Shown here one piece after another: positions 50,117 through 61,345 of a stretch of 64,000 bases of DNA. Under the pieces are notes generated by a model. It saw nothing but the letters and a program-made list of their open reading frames with translations. It was not told the DNA's origin and did not search any database. This stretch comes from Dehalococcoidia bacterium (GTDB taxonomy: Bacteria > Chloroflexota > Dehalococcoidia > SM23-28-2 > RBG-16-64-32): contig CAXXTF010000002.1 of NCBI GenBank assembly GCA_963665775.2, forward strand, positions 576,001 through 640,000. The letters are read 5' to 3'. How positions within the stretch are numbered: position 1 is the first letter of the stretch; every line of letters starts with the position of its first letter. A program made the translations under genes and the position numbers.

Positions 50117-51580
50117 GTGAAGAGCGAGTTCATGATCGCCATCACGCAGTTGGCGGCAGAGAAAAACTTGCCCAGAGAGGTCGTTCTCCAAGCAATGGAG
50201 GCTGCCCTCGTCTCCGCTTACAAGAAGGACAGTGAGCTTGCCGGCAACATCGTCGTCCAGATCGACCGCGAGACCGGCGACCACCACGTCTTCCTGGAGC
50301 GGATCGTGGTTCAGGAAGTCACCGACCCTAAGTTGGAGATCAGCATCACGGACGCCCGCCGCATCAAGCCGGACGCCACCATCGAAGATGCCATTCGGAC
50401 CCCGGTGCAACCCTCCCAGGCTAGTCGCATCGCCGCTCAGACAGCCAAGCAGGTCGTCCTCCAGCGGCTGCGAGAAGCCGAGCGGGAGATGGTGTTTGAG
50501 GAGTTCTCCAACCGCGAAGGGGACATTGTCTCAGGTGTCATCCAGAGGATGGAAGCCGATCAACTCATAGTGGACCTAGGCAAGACAGAGGCCGTCCTAC
50601 CTGCGGCTGAGCAAGTGCACATGGAGCACTACCGCCCTGGTCAGCGAATGAAGTTCTATCTCGTAGAGGTTCGTCGCTCCATCAGGGGACCGCAACTGAT
50701 CCTCTCCAGGACTCACAAGAGCCTCATCAGGCGGCTGTTTGAATTGGAAGTACCGGAGATATTCAGAGGTACCGTGGAGATCAAGTCAATCGCCCGAGAG
50801 GCCGGCCATCGCAGCAAGGTAGCCGTCACCACTCACCAAGAGGGCGTCGACCCCGTAGGCTCCTGTGTCGGCCTGCGTGGCATACGCATCCAGAATATCG
50901 TCAATGAGCTGAACGGAGAGCGGATCGACGTCATCCAATGGGACCCCGAGGCGGCGCGGCTCGTTGCCAATTCCTTGAGCCCGGCTCAGGTCCTCACTGT
51001 ACAGATCAGCCCAGACGACAACACCGCCTCTGTCATCGTGCCGGACAGACAGCTCTCCCTCGCTATCGGCAAGGAAGGGCAGAACGCCCGCCTGGCCGCC
51101 AAGCTTACGGGCTGGCGCATCGACATCAAACCAGAGTCCGCCGCCCAAGAGCTCCTGGCCGCCGCCCCGGTCGCCGAGAAGCCGGTGGCTACTACCGCAA
51201 ACGTCAAATCCGCCGCGCCAGAGCAGCCCCCGCCCTGGACGGAAGTGATCCAGGAGGGAGAGAGTGCGGCGGCTCCGAAGGAGGAGGCAGCCCTGGCAGA
51301 GGTGGCCGCTCCGCCATCGGCAGCGGCAGCGCCTGCCACCTCCAAGCTTCGTTTTGCCGAAGACCTGCCTGCCGCTACCCCCCCCAGCCAGCCCAAGAAG
51401 AGGAAGGCCAAAAAGGGAGGGAAGCCGGATGAAGCGGAAGCGGAAGGGGAAGCCAGGGCAACTAAGACCCGACGCGCCCGCCGACCAGCTATCGTAGAGG
51501 ATGACCTTGACGAATCAGAGGACGGCATAGACATCGACATCACCTACGAGACACCGGACGACGAGACACCGGACGACTAG
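50117..51580 (+). CDS. nusA: Transcription termination factor NusA
   Basis: GTG with GGAGG SD; 'AAQTAKQV', S1/KH motifs, '[25 protein letters not shown]'. Confidence 0.98.
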   Translation: MKSEFMIAITQLAAEKNLPREVVLQAMEAALVSAYKKDSELAGNIVVQIDRETGDHHVFLERIVVQEVTDPKLEISITDARRIKPDATIEDAIRTPVQPSQASRIAAQTAKQVVLQRLREAEREMVFEEFSNREGDIVSGVIQRMEADQLIVDLGKTEAVLPAAEQVHMEHYRPGQRMKFYLVEVRRSIRGPQLILSRTHKSLIRRLFELEVPEIFRGTVEIKSIAREAGHRSKVAVTTHQEGVDPVGSCVGLRGIRIQNIVNELNGERIDVIQWDPEAARLVANSLSPAQVLTVQISPDDNTASVIVPDRQLSLAIGKEGQNARLAAKLTGWRIDIKPESAAQELLAAAPVAEKPVATTANVKSAAPEQPPPWTEVIQEGESAAAPKEEAALAEVAAPPSAAAAPATSKLRFAEDLPAATPPSQPKKRKAKKGGKPDEAEAEGEARATKTRRARRPAIVEDDLDESEDGIDIDITYETPDDETPDD

Positions 51581-51582
51581 AC

Positions 51583-51878
51583 ATGCCAACGAAGACGCCT
51601 CTCCGGCCCAAGCATGTGCCCAGCAGAAGCTGCGTTAGCTGCGACACGACCACGGCCAAGCGCACCCTCGTCCGCGTTGTACGCACCCCAGAAGGCCAGA
51701 TCCTGCCGGATCCTAGCGGAAAGCAACCCGGCCGGGGCGCCTACCTCTGCGCCGACTCTCAGTGCTGGGACCGGGCCCTTAAGAAGGGCCGTCTGGAGCG
51801 CTCGCTGAGGGCGAAGCTCTCGCCGGAAGAGATGGATGGCCTGCGCAGTTTCGCCCACGATCACATAGGGGAGGGAGG

Positions 51879-51882
<4 letters not shown>
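51583..51882 (+). CDS. ylxR: YlxR/RnpM family RNA-binding protein
   Basis: 'PSRSCVSC', 'GRGAYLC'. Confidence 0.93.
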
Positions 51883-53627
<1,745 letters not shown>

Positions 53628-53661
53628 ACCCGCACCCGCCTGCATAGAAAGGCGTGAAATC

Positions 53662-54018
53662 TTGAGCCGACGCCTACTGCGTCTCAACGCTCAGTTCCGC
53701 CAGGAGCTGGCACAGCTTATCCATTTCGAGGTGCGGGACCCTCGCCTGGCGGACTTCGTCAGCATCACGCAGGTAGAGATATCCCCAGACCTCGCAAACG
53801 CCAGCGTCCACGCCAGCGTCATGGGCGACGAGCAAGCCAAGCGCTCGACGATCGAGGCGCTGACAGCGGCCGCTCCCTTCCTTCGCCGCCACCTCACTGA
53901 GCGCATAGCTATACGACGCATACCCATCCTCCACTTCCTCCTGGACGAGAGCATCGAGGAGGCAGCCCGCCTCCTGACGCTAATGAAACAGGTGACCGAG
54001 ACAAAATCCCCGCCATGA
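53662..54018 (+). CDS. rbfA: Ribosome-binding factor A
   Basis: 'VRDPRL', 'SPDL', 'P.LHF..DESIE'; position after infB. Confidence 0.95.
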   Translation: MSRRLLRLNAQFRQELAQLIHFEVRDPRLADFVSITQVEISPDLANASVHASVMGDEQAKRSTIEALTAAAPFLRRHLTERIAIRRIPILHFLLDESIEEAARLLTLMKQVTETKSPP

Positions 54019-54926
54019 CCCGCTCCGGCATACTCAACGTTAACAAGGAGCCCGGTTGGACATCGTTCCAGGTTGTCGCGTTGGTGCGAAACGGTAGCGG
54101 GATACGAAAGGTGGGCCACGCCGGGACACTCGACCCCGCAGCCACCGGCGTCCTCCTGGTATGTCTCGGTCAGGCCACGCGCGTCAGCGAGTATCTGATG
54201 GAGCTGCCCAAGACCTATCAAGCTCAGATCGTTCTCGGCATCGCTACGGACACGTACGACGCGGATGGCCGGCCTCTTTCGACAGGCGACTTCACGGGTA
54301 TCACAGAAGACCGCTTGAGCGTGGCCCTTCTGCGGTTCGTCGGCGATATTCAGCAGGTTCCGCCCAGCTTCAGCGCCGTCAAGGTAGGCGGCCAGCCGGC
54401 CCACCGCCTGGCGCGAAAGGGCCAGCAGCCGACCCTTAAGGCACGCTCAAGACGCATCGATTCCATAGATCTGCTCAGCTTCGCACCGCCCGTCGTGGAG
54501 ATCGAAGTCCACTGCGGCAAGGGCACCTACATCCGTAGCCTGGCCCACGATTTGGGCCGGCATCTGGGCTGCGGAGCACACCTGGGCAGCCTCACTCGCA
54601 CACAGGTAGGCCCTTTCAGCCTCGACATCGCCATTACGCTGCCGGAGCTCCAGCAAGCTCTCGGCAACGGCACCTGGAAGGCACACCTCCTCCCTATCGA
54701 TTCCGGCCTGGCCAATATCCCCTCCCTCACCCTGAAGGATGACGACGCGCGGTCGATCCGGCATGGCCGCCCCCTGCTCGCTGACGGATACCCCGCTCTC
54801 CTGACGGACCCAGCCATTGGTCCACGCTATCGCGCCTACGGAGAAGATGGCTCTTTCCTGGCGATCCTGGCCCAAGATAGCGAATCGCACCTCTGGCGGC
54901 CGGAGAAGGTCTTCACCCCTATCTGA
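54015..54926 (+). CDS. truB: tRNA pseudouridine(55) synthase
   Basis: 'KVGHAGTLDPAATGVL', 'QQVPPSFSAVK', 'CGKGTYIRSLA'. Confidence 0.98.
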   Translation: MTRSGILNVNKEPGWTSFQVVALVRNGSGIRKVGHAGTLDPAATGVLLVCLGQATRVSEYLMELPKTYQAQIVLGIATDTYDADGRPLSTGDFTGITEDRLSVALLRFVGDIQQVPPSFSAVKVGGQPAHRLARKGQQPTLKARSRRIDSIDLLSFAPPVVEIEVHCGKGTYIRSLAHDLGRHLGCGAHLGSLTRTQVGPFSLDIAITLPELQQALGNGTWKAHLLPIDSGLANIPSLTLKDDDARSIRHGRPLLADGYPALLTDPAIGPRYRAYGEDGSFLAILAQDSESHLWRPEKVFTPI

Positions 54927-55077
54927 GCGGCCCTCTCCGGCAGCGAAATGCGTCCAACCGGGCCCAATTCGCGATATTAGGCCCACAGATACGGCTCTCC
55001 CCTTGACAAGGCGTCCAGAATCATTATGCTTGTCGCAAAGGTAAAGCGGAATTCATATCTGAGCGAAGGGGGCTAAT

Positions 55078-55218
55078 ATGGAAGCTTACTGCCTGAAGTG
55101 TCGTCAAAAGAGGGAGATTCGCAACCCGCAACAGGTGAGCCTTAAGAACGGCCGGCCGGCAACCCAGGGCTCTTGCCCGGTCTGCAACACCAAGATGTAC
55201 CGCATCGGCAAGAGCTAG
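55078..55218 (+). CDS. DUF5679-like small basic zinc-ribbon protein (46 aa; absent from ORF track)
   Basis: MEAYCLKCRQKREIRNPQQVSLKNGRPATQGSCPVCNTKMYRIGKS; promoter TTGACA-N16-TATGCT at 55003-55030; AAGGGGG SD. Confidence 0.85.
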   Translation: MEAYCLKCRQKREIRNPQQVSLKNGRPATQGSCPVCNTKMYRIGKS

Positions 55219-55725
55219 GCCCCGCCGATCCCTTACTTCGGACAACGGACTGCATCGGGCAGCGCCGCACTGCCCGGAGGACGCGCCGGCGGTACGTCGC
55301 GGCCCAGCCCATACCCGATCAACGGCCGAGGTTCGCCTCGCCCCATCCATATCGACCCGTCTACGTCTACCTGAGCAAGCTGGTCAGCACGGACCGTGTG
55401 TTATAGTGGGGAAACGTGGGCCCGCAGGCCCATCCCGTTCGCGATAACGCCTGTTCCCTAGCGCGGCGAGAAGTGGATCTTCCCGCCGTCCGAAGCAACG
55501 CCGCCCCGTCAGCCAGAACTATGCGCCAAAGCTGATGATGGGCCGCCGCTTAAGATAGAATGCGTTTGGAAGTTATGACGATGAACGCTCCCTGATCAGA
55601 ATATCGCCCTAGCCAGAAGACAACCGTAGAAACAGAAAGCGCCAGCCCCAGCCTTGCTGGACCCGAGGCCAGGGAATACAATGCAGCGGGCCGCTCGCTG
55701 GCGCGGCAGAAGGAGGACAACGTAG

Positions 55726-56817
55726 GTGGGTAAGATCAACGTTGCTATCATCGGCGTCGGTAACTGCGCCTCTTCGCTTGTGCAGGGAGTCCATTTTTAC
55801 CGGAGCGTGGAGAACGATGCCACCGTGCCGGGCCTCATGCACGCGAACCTGGGTGGCTATCACATCAGCGACATCGAATTCGTAGCCGCTTTCGATGTTG
55901 ACCGGAATAAGGTGGGCAAGGACATAGCAGAAGCGATTTACGCCCCCCCCAACAACACTCATAAGTTCGCAGACGTGCCAAACCTGGGCGTGACAGTCTC
56001 CCGCGGCATGACCCACGACGGCATCGGCAAGTACCTGGAGGAGGTGGTAACTAAAGCCCCAGGACCGACCGCCGACGTCATCCAGATACTGAAGGACACT
56101 GAGACCGACGTCGTGATCAACTACCTGCCGGTAGGCAGCGAAGAGGCCACAAGATGGTACGTGGAGCAGGTGCTTCAGGCCGGCTGCGCCTTCGTCAACT
56201 GCATCCCGGTCTTCATCGCCCGCGAGGATTACTGGCAGCACCGGTTCCGGGAGCACGATCTGCCCCTCGTCGGTGACGACATCAAGTCCCAGGTCGGGGC
56301 CACGATACTCCATCGCATCCTCACCCGCCTCTTCGTGGAGCGCGGCGTCCGGCTGGACCGGACCTATCAGCTCAACTTCGGCGGGAATACGGATTTCCTC
56401 AACATGTTGGAGCGAGACCGCCTGTCCAGCAAGAAGATATCCAAGACCAACGCCGTCACATCTCAGCTCGACCGCAAGATAGACGACGGAGATATCCACA
56501 TAGGCCCCAGCGACTACGTTCCCTGGCTAAACGACCGTAAGTGGTGCTATGTGCGCATGGAGGGCACCGCCTTCGGCGAGGTGCCTCTGAGCCTGGAGGC
56601 CAAGCTGGAGGTTTGGGACAGCCCGAACTCCGCCGGCGTCGTCATCGACGCCATTCGCTGCTGCAAGCTGGGCTTGGACCGCGGCCTCTCTGGGACCCTC
56701 GTCGGCCCCAGCTCATACTTCATGAAGTCACCGCCACGCCAGTTCACCGACGAACAGGCGCGAATCCTGACCGAGGAGTACATAAAGGCCGAGAACGGCA
56801 GCTCCCCAACTGGCTAG
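55726..56817 (+). CDS. ino1: Myo-inositol-1-phosphate synthase
   Basis: '[12 protein letters not shown]', 'YLPVGSEEA', '[11 protein letters not shown]', 'WDSPNSAG'; promoter TTGCTG-N17-TACAAT at 55654-55682. Confidence 0.96.
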   Translation: MGKINVAIIGVGNCASSLVQGVHFYRSVENDATVPGLMHANLGGYHISDIEFVAAFDVDRNKVGKDIAEAIYAPPNNTHKFADVPNLGVTVSRGMTHDGIGKYLEEVVTKAPGPTADVIQILKDTETDVVINYLPVGSEEATRWYVEQVLQAGCAFVNCIPVFIAREDYWQHRFREHDLPLVGDDIKSQVGATILHRILTRLFVERGVRLDRTYQLNFGGNTDFLNMLERDRLSSKKISKTNAVTSQLDRKIDDGDIHIGPSDYVPWLNDRKWCYVRMEGTAFGEVPLSLEAKLEVWDSPNSAGVVIDAIRCCKLGLDRGLSGTLVGPSSYFMKSPPRQFTDEQARILTEEYIKAENGSSPTG

Positions 56818-56828
56818 TCCGGTACGGC

Positions 56829-57746
56829 ATGTGGAAACTCGCCCTGTTCAGGGTGGCGCCTCACACCTTAGGACGGCTCCCTTTGCCCGTTCTGTACAGC
56901 GCCGTCAGCCTCCTCGCCAACCTCTTTTACCTCCTCTCGCCCAAGGCCCGCCGGAACGTTTGGGATAACCTGCGTCACGTGATGCCTGCGGGCACCTCCA
57001 AGGGCCAGATGCGTGCCGCCGCCCGGCGAATCTTCCGGAACGTCTCCCTCTACTACGCTGACCTAATACGCTTGCCCCTAATGGACGTTGACGACTTCGT
57101 CCGCAACCGTCTCATCTTCCATGGCTTCCAGGAGAACCTCCTTCCGGCCATCGAGGCTGGTAACGGGGTCGTCATCATCAGCGGGCACTACGGCAACCCG
57201 GAGCTGGCCCTACAGGCGCTGATACCGCTGGACGTCCGCATCTTCGCCCTAACGGAACCCGTGAAACCCCTCTCCCTCTCCCGGCTCATAGACGATATTC
57301 GCTCCAGCACCGGACACACCTTCGCCGCCGTCAGCGTCGGCAGCGTGAAGAGCGTCATGCAGAGATTGAGACGCGGCGAAGTGGTAGCCCTTATGAGCGA
57401 CCGCGATATCGAAGGTCCGAAAGCGGTCCTGCCCTTCTGCGGCACGGAGACACTCATGCCCACCGGTCCTATCGAAGTCGCCCTTCGCACCGGGGCTGCC
57501 GTCGTCCCTGCCTTCAACTTTCGCAAGGGCAGATACGAGATCGTCGCAAGCCTGGAGAAGCCCCTGGACTTGCAGCGCTCCGGCGACTTCGATGCCGACG
57601 TGCGCGCGGGCACCCTGCGCTTCCTGGAGCGGCTGGAGCAACACCTCCGTGACGACCCCACCCAATGGCTCGTCTTGGAAGCGATCTGGGAGCCTCTTGA
57701 CGAACCCGCTCTCGAGCCGGCCGCCGCCGGCAGGGGGGAAGCGTGA
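56829..57746 (+). CDS. Lysophospholipid/PIM acyltransferase (PatA/LpxL-like)
   Basis: 'GHYGNPE' HxGNxE motif, 'LMSDRD', 'P.QW' near the C-terminus. Confidence 0.82.
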   Translation: MWKLALFRVAPHTLGRLPLPVLYSAVSLLANLFYLLSPKARRNVWDNLRHVMPAGTSKGQMRAAARRIFRNVSLYYADLIRLPLMDVDDFVRNRLIFHGFQENLLPAIEAGNGVVIISGHYGNPELALQALIPLDVRIFALTEPVKPLSLSRLIDDIRSSTGHTFAAVSVGSVKSVMQRLRRGEVVALMSDRDIEGPKAVLPFCGTETLMPTGPIEVALRTGAAVVPAFNFRKGRYEIVASLEKPLDLQRSGDFDADVRAGTLRFLERLEQHLRDDPTQWLVLEAIWEPLDEPALEPAAAGRGEA

Positions 57747-58516
57747 ACAGCGACCGCCTGGGCAAGGCCGACCTGCACCTCCACACAGCCCTTGGCGATG
57801 GGATGGCAGAGGTTCCAGCGCTGCTCGACTACGTTCAGGAGCAGACCGACCTAGACGTAGTCGCCGTCACTGACCACGACGACATTCGAGGTGCCTGGGA
57901 GGTCCGCGAGGCCTGGGCCAGAGGCCGCTACCGCTTCCAGGTAGTGCTAGGCATAGAGGTTACCACCATCGAGGGCCACCTGTTGGCCCTGTTCGTCGAG
58001 GAGCCAGTGCCCGGCCTCCGCCACTTGGAGGAGACGCTTCAGGCGGTGCACCGCCAGGGCGGGATCTGCATCATCCCTCATCCCTTGAGCTGGCTCACCC
58101 GCAGCCTGGGTCAGCGCACCATCCAACGTGTCATCGACTCGCCCCGCGAGGGGATTCACTTCGAGGGGATAGAGACGGCTAATCAGGCGCCCGGCAGCCG
58201 CATACGCCTGCGAAAGGCCACGGACCTGAACCGCCGCCACTTTCACTTGGCCGAGGTAGGCGGCAGCGACGCTCACTTCCTCAAGGCTATCGGCACCGCC
58301 TACACGGAGTTTCCCGGCCGCAGCGTCGAGGATCTGCGGCGAAGCATCCTGGAACACACCACCCGCGGTGTCAACGGCCGCCACCCCAAGCTCCTACAGA
58401 TCGGCCCGGGACAGCTGCTGCGGCAGACCTGGCGCGGCTTGACGGTAACCCCCCGCAGGATGGGCTGGGGCCCTACGGCATCTAGCTTCGTGAAGCGCAT
58501 CTTCCACCTCCAATGA
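57743..58516 (+). CDS. PHP-domain phosphoesterase
   Basis: 'ADLHLHT..GDG', 'AVTDHD', 'GIEVTT..GH', 'PHP', 'GGSDAH'. Confidence 0.9.
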   Translation: MNSDRLGKADLHLHTALGDGMAEVPALLDYVQEQTDLDVVAVTDHDDIRGAWEVREAWARGRYRFQVVLGIEVTTIEGHLLALFVEEPVPGLRHLEETLQAVHRQGGICIIPHPLSWLTRSLGQRTIQRVIDSPREGIHFEGIETANQAPGSRIRLRKATDLNRRHFHLAEVGGSDAHFLKAIGTAYTEFPGRSVEDLRRSILEHTTRGVNGRHPKLLQIGPGQLLRQTWRGLTVTPRRMGWGPTASSFVKRIFHLQ

Positions 58517-59658
58517 AGATAGCCCTCGTTTCCCCCTACGACTGGGCCGTCCCCGGCGGCGTCAACAGCCACCTGTCGCAGCTGGCCAAGCAGTTCATCA
58601 GAGCCGGCCATACCGTCCGCATCGTCGCCCCCTCGTCGCGGCCGGGCAGCCACGATTGCGACTACCTGACGATCATCGGCGAGAACACCTTCGGCCTCCC
58701 TGCCAGCGGCTCTATAGCCAACGTTTGCCTCTCCTTCAACCTGGGCCCTCGTGTTAAGCGCCTCCTGGCCCGAGAGGGGTTCGACCTCGTCCACCTCCAC
58801 GAGCCGTTCATGCCCCTGCTCCCGTTCCAGTTCATTCGCTATCCCCGCGCTACCACCGTGGCTACGTTTCACGCTACCCGCGAGGGCGGCAGCCGCCTTT
58901 ACGCCTACTCCCGGTTCATCCTCAAGCCCTGGTGGCCCAACATAGACGGACGTACCGCCGTCTCTCGCGTTGCCCTCCGAATGATCGGCCGCTACTTCCC
59001 GGGCCGCTACCGGATCATCCCCAACGGCATCGACTACCCTTTCTTCGCCGCCCGGGTCCCACCCATCCCTTCCTTCATGGACAACAAGAGGAATATCCTT
59101 TTCCTGGGCCGGCAGGAGAAGCGCAAGGGCCTGCCTTACCTCCTCGAGGCCTACGCCCAACTGAAACGCGAAATGCCCGACATACGGCTCATCGTAGTGG
59201 GACCGGACGGTGGGATGCGCGCCGCCTGCCTACGTTATGTCGAGCACCATCAGCTCCAGGACGTTCATTTCACCGGCCTTATCCCCGCGGAGGAGTTGCC
59301 CCGCTACTACAAGACGGCGGACATCTTCTGTGCTCCCAACACCGGTCAGGAGAGCTTCGGCATCGTCCTCCTGGAGGCGATGGCCGCCGGTACCCCCGTC
59401 GTCGCCTCCAGCATCGAGGGGTTCGCGGGCCTGCTGGCCGATGGCGAAGACGGCCTGCTGGCGCCGCCGCGCGACAGCGAAGGACTATGCGCTGCCCTGA
59501 AGCGCCTCTTGTCAGACGATGCCATGCGGGAGGAGATGGGTAGACAGGCCAGCAAGACCGCCCAACGATACAGCTGGGATCGGGTCTCCACCCAGGTGCT
59601 CGACTACTACGAAGAGACCATCGCCGCCCACAACCAGGGCGACGGCGCCACCCCTTAG
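58513..59658 (+). CDS. GT4 glycosyltransferase, PimA-like phosphatidylinositol mannosyltransferase
   Basis: 'SPYDWAVPGGVNSH', 'SGSIA', 'HLHEP', 'ATFH', 'RKG', 'APNTGQESFGIVLLEAMAAG'. Confidence 0.85.
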   Translation: MKIALVSPYDWAVPGGVNSHLSQLAKQFIRAGHTVRIVAPSSRPGSHDCDYLTIIGENTFGLPASGSIANVCLSFNLGPRVKRLLAREGFDLVHLHEPFMPLLPFQFIRYPRATTVATFHATREGGSRLYAYSRFILKPWWPNIDGRTAVSRVALRMIGRYFPGRYRIIPNGIDYPFFAARVPPIPSFMDNKRNILFLGRQEKRKGLPYLLEAYAQLKREMPDIRLIVVGPDGGMRAACLRYVEHHQLQDVHFTGLIPAEELPRYYKTADIFCAPNTGQESFGIVLLEAMAAGTPVVASSIEGFAGLLADGEDGLLAPPRDSEGLCAALKRLLSDDAMREEMGRQASKTAQRYSWDRVSTQVLDYYEETIAAHNQGDGATP

Positions 59659-60246
59659 ATGCCCACCCTTCTGCCCCGGTCCGCCCCCCACTGGCTGACG
59701 GACCCTGTCGTCGGTGTCCTGGCCAGCCTCGGCGTCACCCCGAACATGTTGACCGCCGCCGGCGTCCTCGGCAACATCGCCGCCGCCGTCCTCGCCGCCC
59801 GTGGCGACTTCCTGCCCGCCGGCATCGTCGTCCTGGCCGCCAGCTCCCTCGACATGTTCGACGGTGCCCTGGCCCGCGCCACCGGACGCGTCACCGATTT
59901 CGGCTCCGTCTTCGACGCCGTCATGGACCGCGTCTCCGAGTCGGCCGTCCTCTTCGGCCTCCTGGTCTACTTCAGCGACCGCGGCGGCCGCACTGAGGAG
60001 CTGCTCCTCTTCGCCGCTGTCGCCGGCTCGTTCCTCGTAAGCTACATCCGTGCCCGCGCCGAAATCATCGATGTCACCCTGCGGGAGGGGCTCCTCACCC
60101 GCGTCGAGCGCGTGCTCCTTCTGGGTGGGGGCCTTACAATAGACCAGGTGACCCCAATGCTCTGGATACTGGCCGTCCTCGCCGGCGCCACAGCCGCCCA
60201 GCGTCTACTCATCGTCTGGATCAGGGCCCGCAGGCAGGAGGAGTGA
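59659..60246 (+). CDS. CDP-alcohol phosphatidyltransferase (PgsA/PIP synthase-like)
   Basis: 'TPNMLT', 'DMFDGALAR..G..T.FG..FD..MDR', 'SYIRARAE', 'R.ER'. Confidence 0.88.
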   Translation: MPTLLPRSAPHWLTDPVVGVLASLGVTPNMLTAAGVLGNIAAAVLAARGDFLPAGIVVLAASSLDMFDGALARATGRVTDFGSVFDAVMDRVSESAVLFGLLVYFSDRGGRTEELLLFAAVAGSFLVSYIRARAEIIDVTLREGLLTRVERVLLLGGGLTIDQVTPMLWILAVLAGATAAQRLLIVWIRARRQEE

Positions 60247-60247
60247 C

Positions 60248-61024
60248 ATGATCCCCCTCAAGGAGCAGGAGATCGTCCGCGAGAAGTTCGCTCACGAGCT
60301 CACCGGCCCCGTGAAGATCGATCTCTTCACCGCGCGGGAGCGGGCCCTGACCGTCCCCGACGAGCAACCCTGCGCCGGCTGCAAACCCACACGTGAGCTG
60401 CTTCAGGAGCTCTCCTCCCTCAGCGACCTCCTGAGCCTCCGCGTCCACATCTGGAAGGAGGCCAAGGAAGAGCGGGAGAGGCTGGGCATCGTGCGAGTGC
60501 CGGGCATCGCCCTCCGCGACCACGGTAGTGCCGCCGTCAAGTTCTACGGCTTCCCCAGCGGCACCGAGTTCCCCGGCTTCGTCCAGTCCATTATCGACAT
60601 CTCGCGGGGCGAACCTCTCCTCCCGCCCTTATCCGTCAAGTCCCTCCGCAAGCTGAAAGACGATGTCACGGTCCGCGTCTTCGTCACGCCCACCTGCCCC
60701 TACTGCCCCCAGATGGCGCGTGCCGCCTACCATCTGGCCCTCGCCAACCCCAAGGTTCAGGCCGAGGTCATCGAGATCACCGAGTTCCCGGAGCTGGCCC
60801 AGCGCTACGACGTGCGCGCCGTCCCCCTCACCGTCATTGCCGACAAGGCTCGCATAGCGGGCGTGGTCCAGCCGGAAGTCCTGGTGGATCAACTCCTGAC
60901 GGCGGCTCGGTCGCCGGCCGCCGATACGCCACAGGCAGCGGGCTCTTCCCTGCTGGTCTCTCCTGCCGCCGAGGGACCGCCAAGGCGCGGCCAGCAGCGC
61001 GACAGCGGCCTCATAATCCCCTAG
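60248..61024 (+). CDS. Two-domain thioredoxin-fold protein disulfide oxidoreductase (PDO/AhpF-N-like)
   Basis: CAGC and 'TPTCPYCP' active sites, 'G.PSG.EF', 'VP'. Confidence 0.85.
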   Translation: MIPLKEQEIVREKFAHELTGPVKIDLFTARERALTVPDEQPCAGCKPTRELLQELSSLSDLLSLRVHIWKEAKEERERLGIVRVPGIALRDHGSAAVKFYGFPSGTEFPGFVQSIIDISRGEPLLPPLSVKSLRKLKDDVTVRVFVTPTCPYCPQMARAAYHLALANPKVQAEVIEITEFPELAQRYDVRAVPLTVIADKARIAGVVQPEVLVDQLLTAARSPAADTPQAAGSSLLVSPAAEGPPRRGQQRDSGLIIP

Positions 61025-61345
61025 CTAATCATCGACCTGGTTCCGCTGATCCCGCCAGAGGCACCCAAATCGTATCTGAGTCAGGTCGATTTAGCACTTG
61101 CCCAGAAGCTCTGCAAATCACCGGAGGGCCATTTTGCAAACGAAATGCAAACATGCGCCCACCGCCTAGTTGCCGCTTCAATACGAACGGAGTTCTTGTA
61201 TCACAGTCCTCCTACGGCACAGGCGACCAGGCGGGCGCGGGCAAGAGTTCGGAAATACGTTCGGATTATACCCCCGCCGAAGAGGCGGTCAAATGCCACA
61301 AGTGACCGCCACCGTGACGGCCTTAATCGGGAGGGCGTCCACGAC

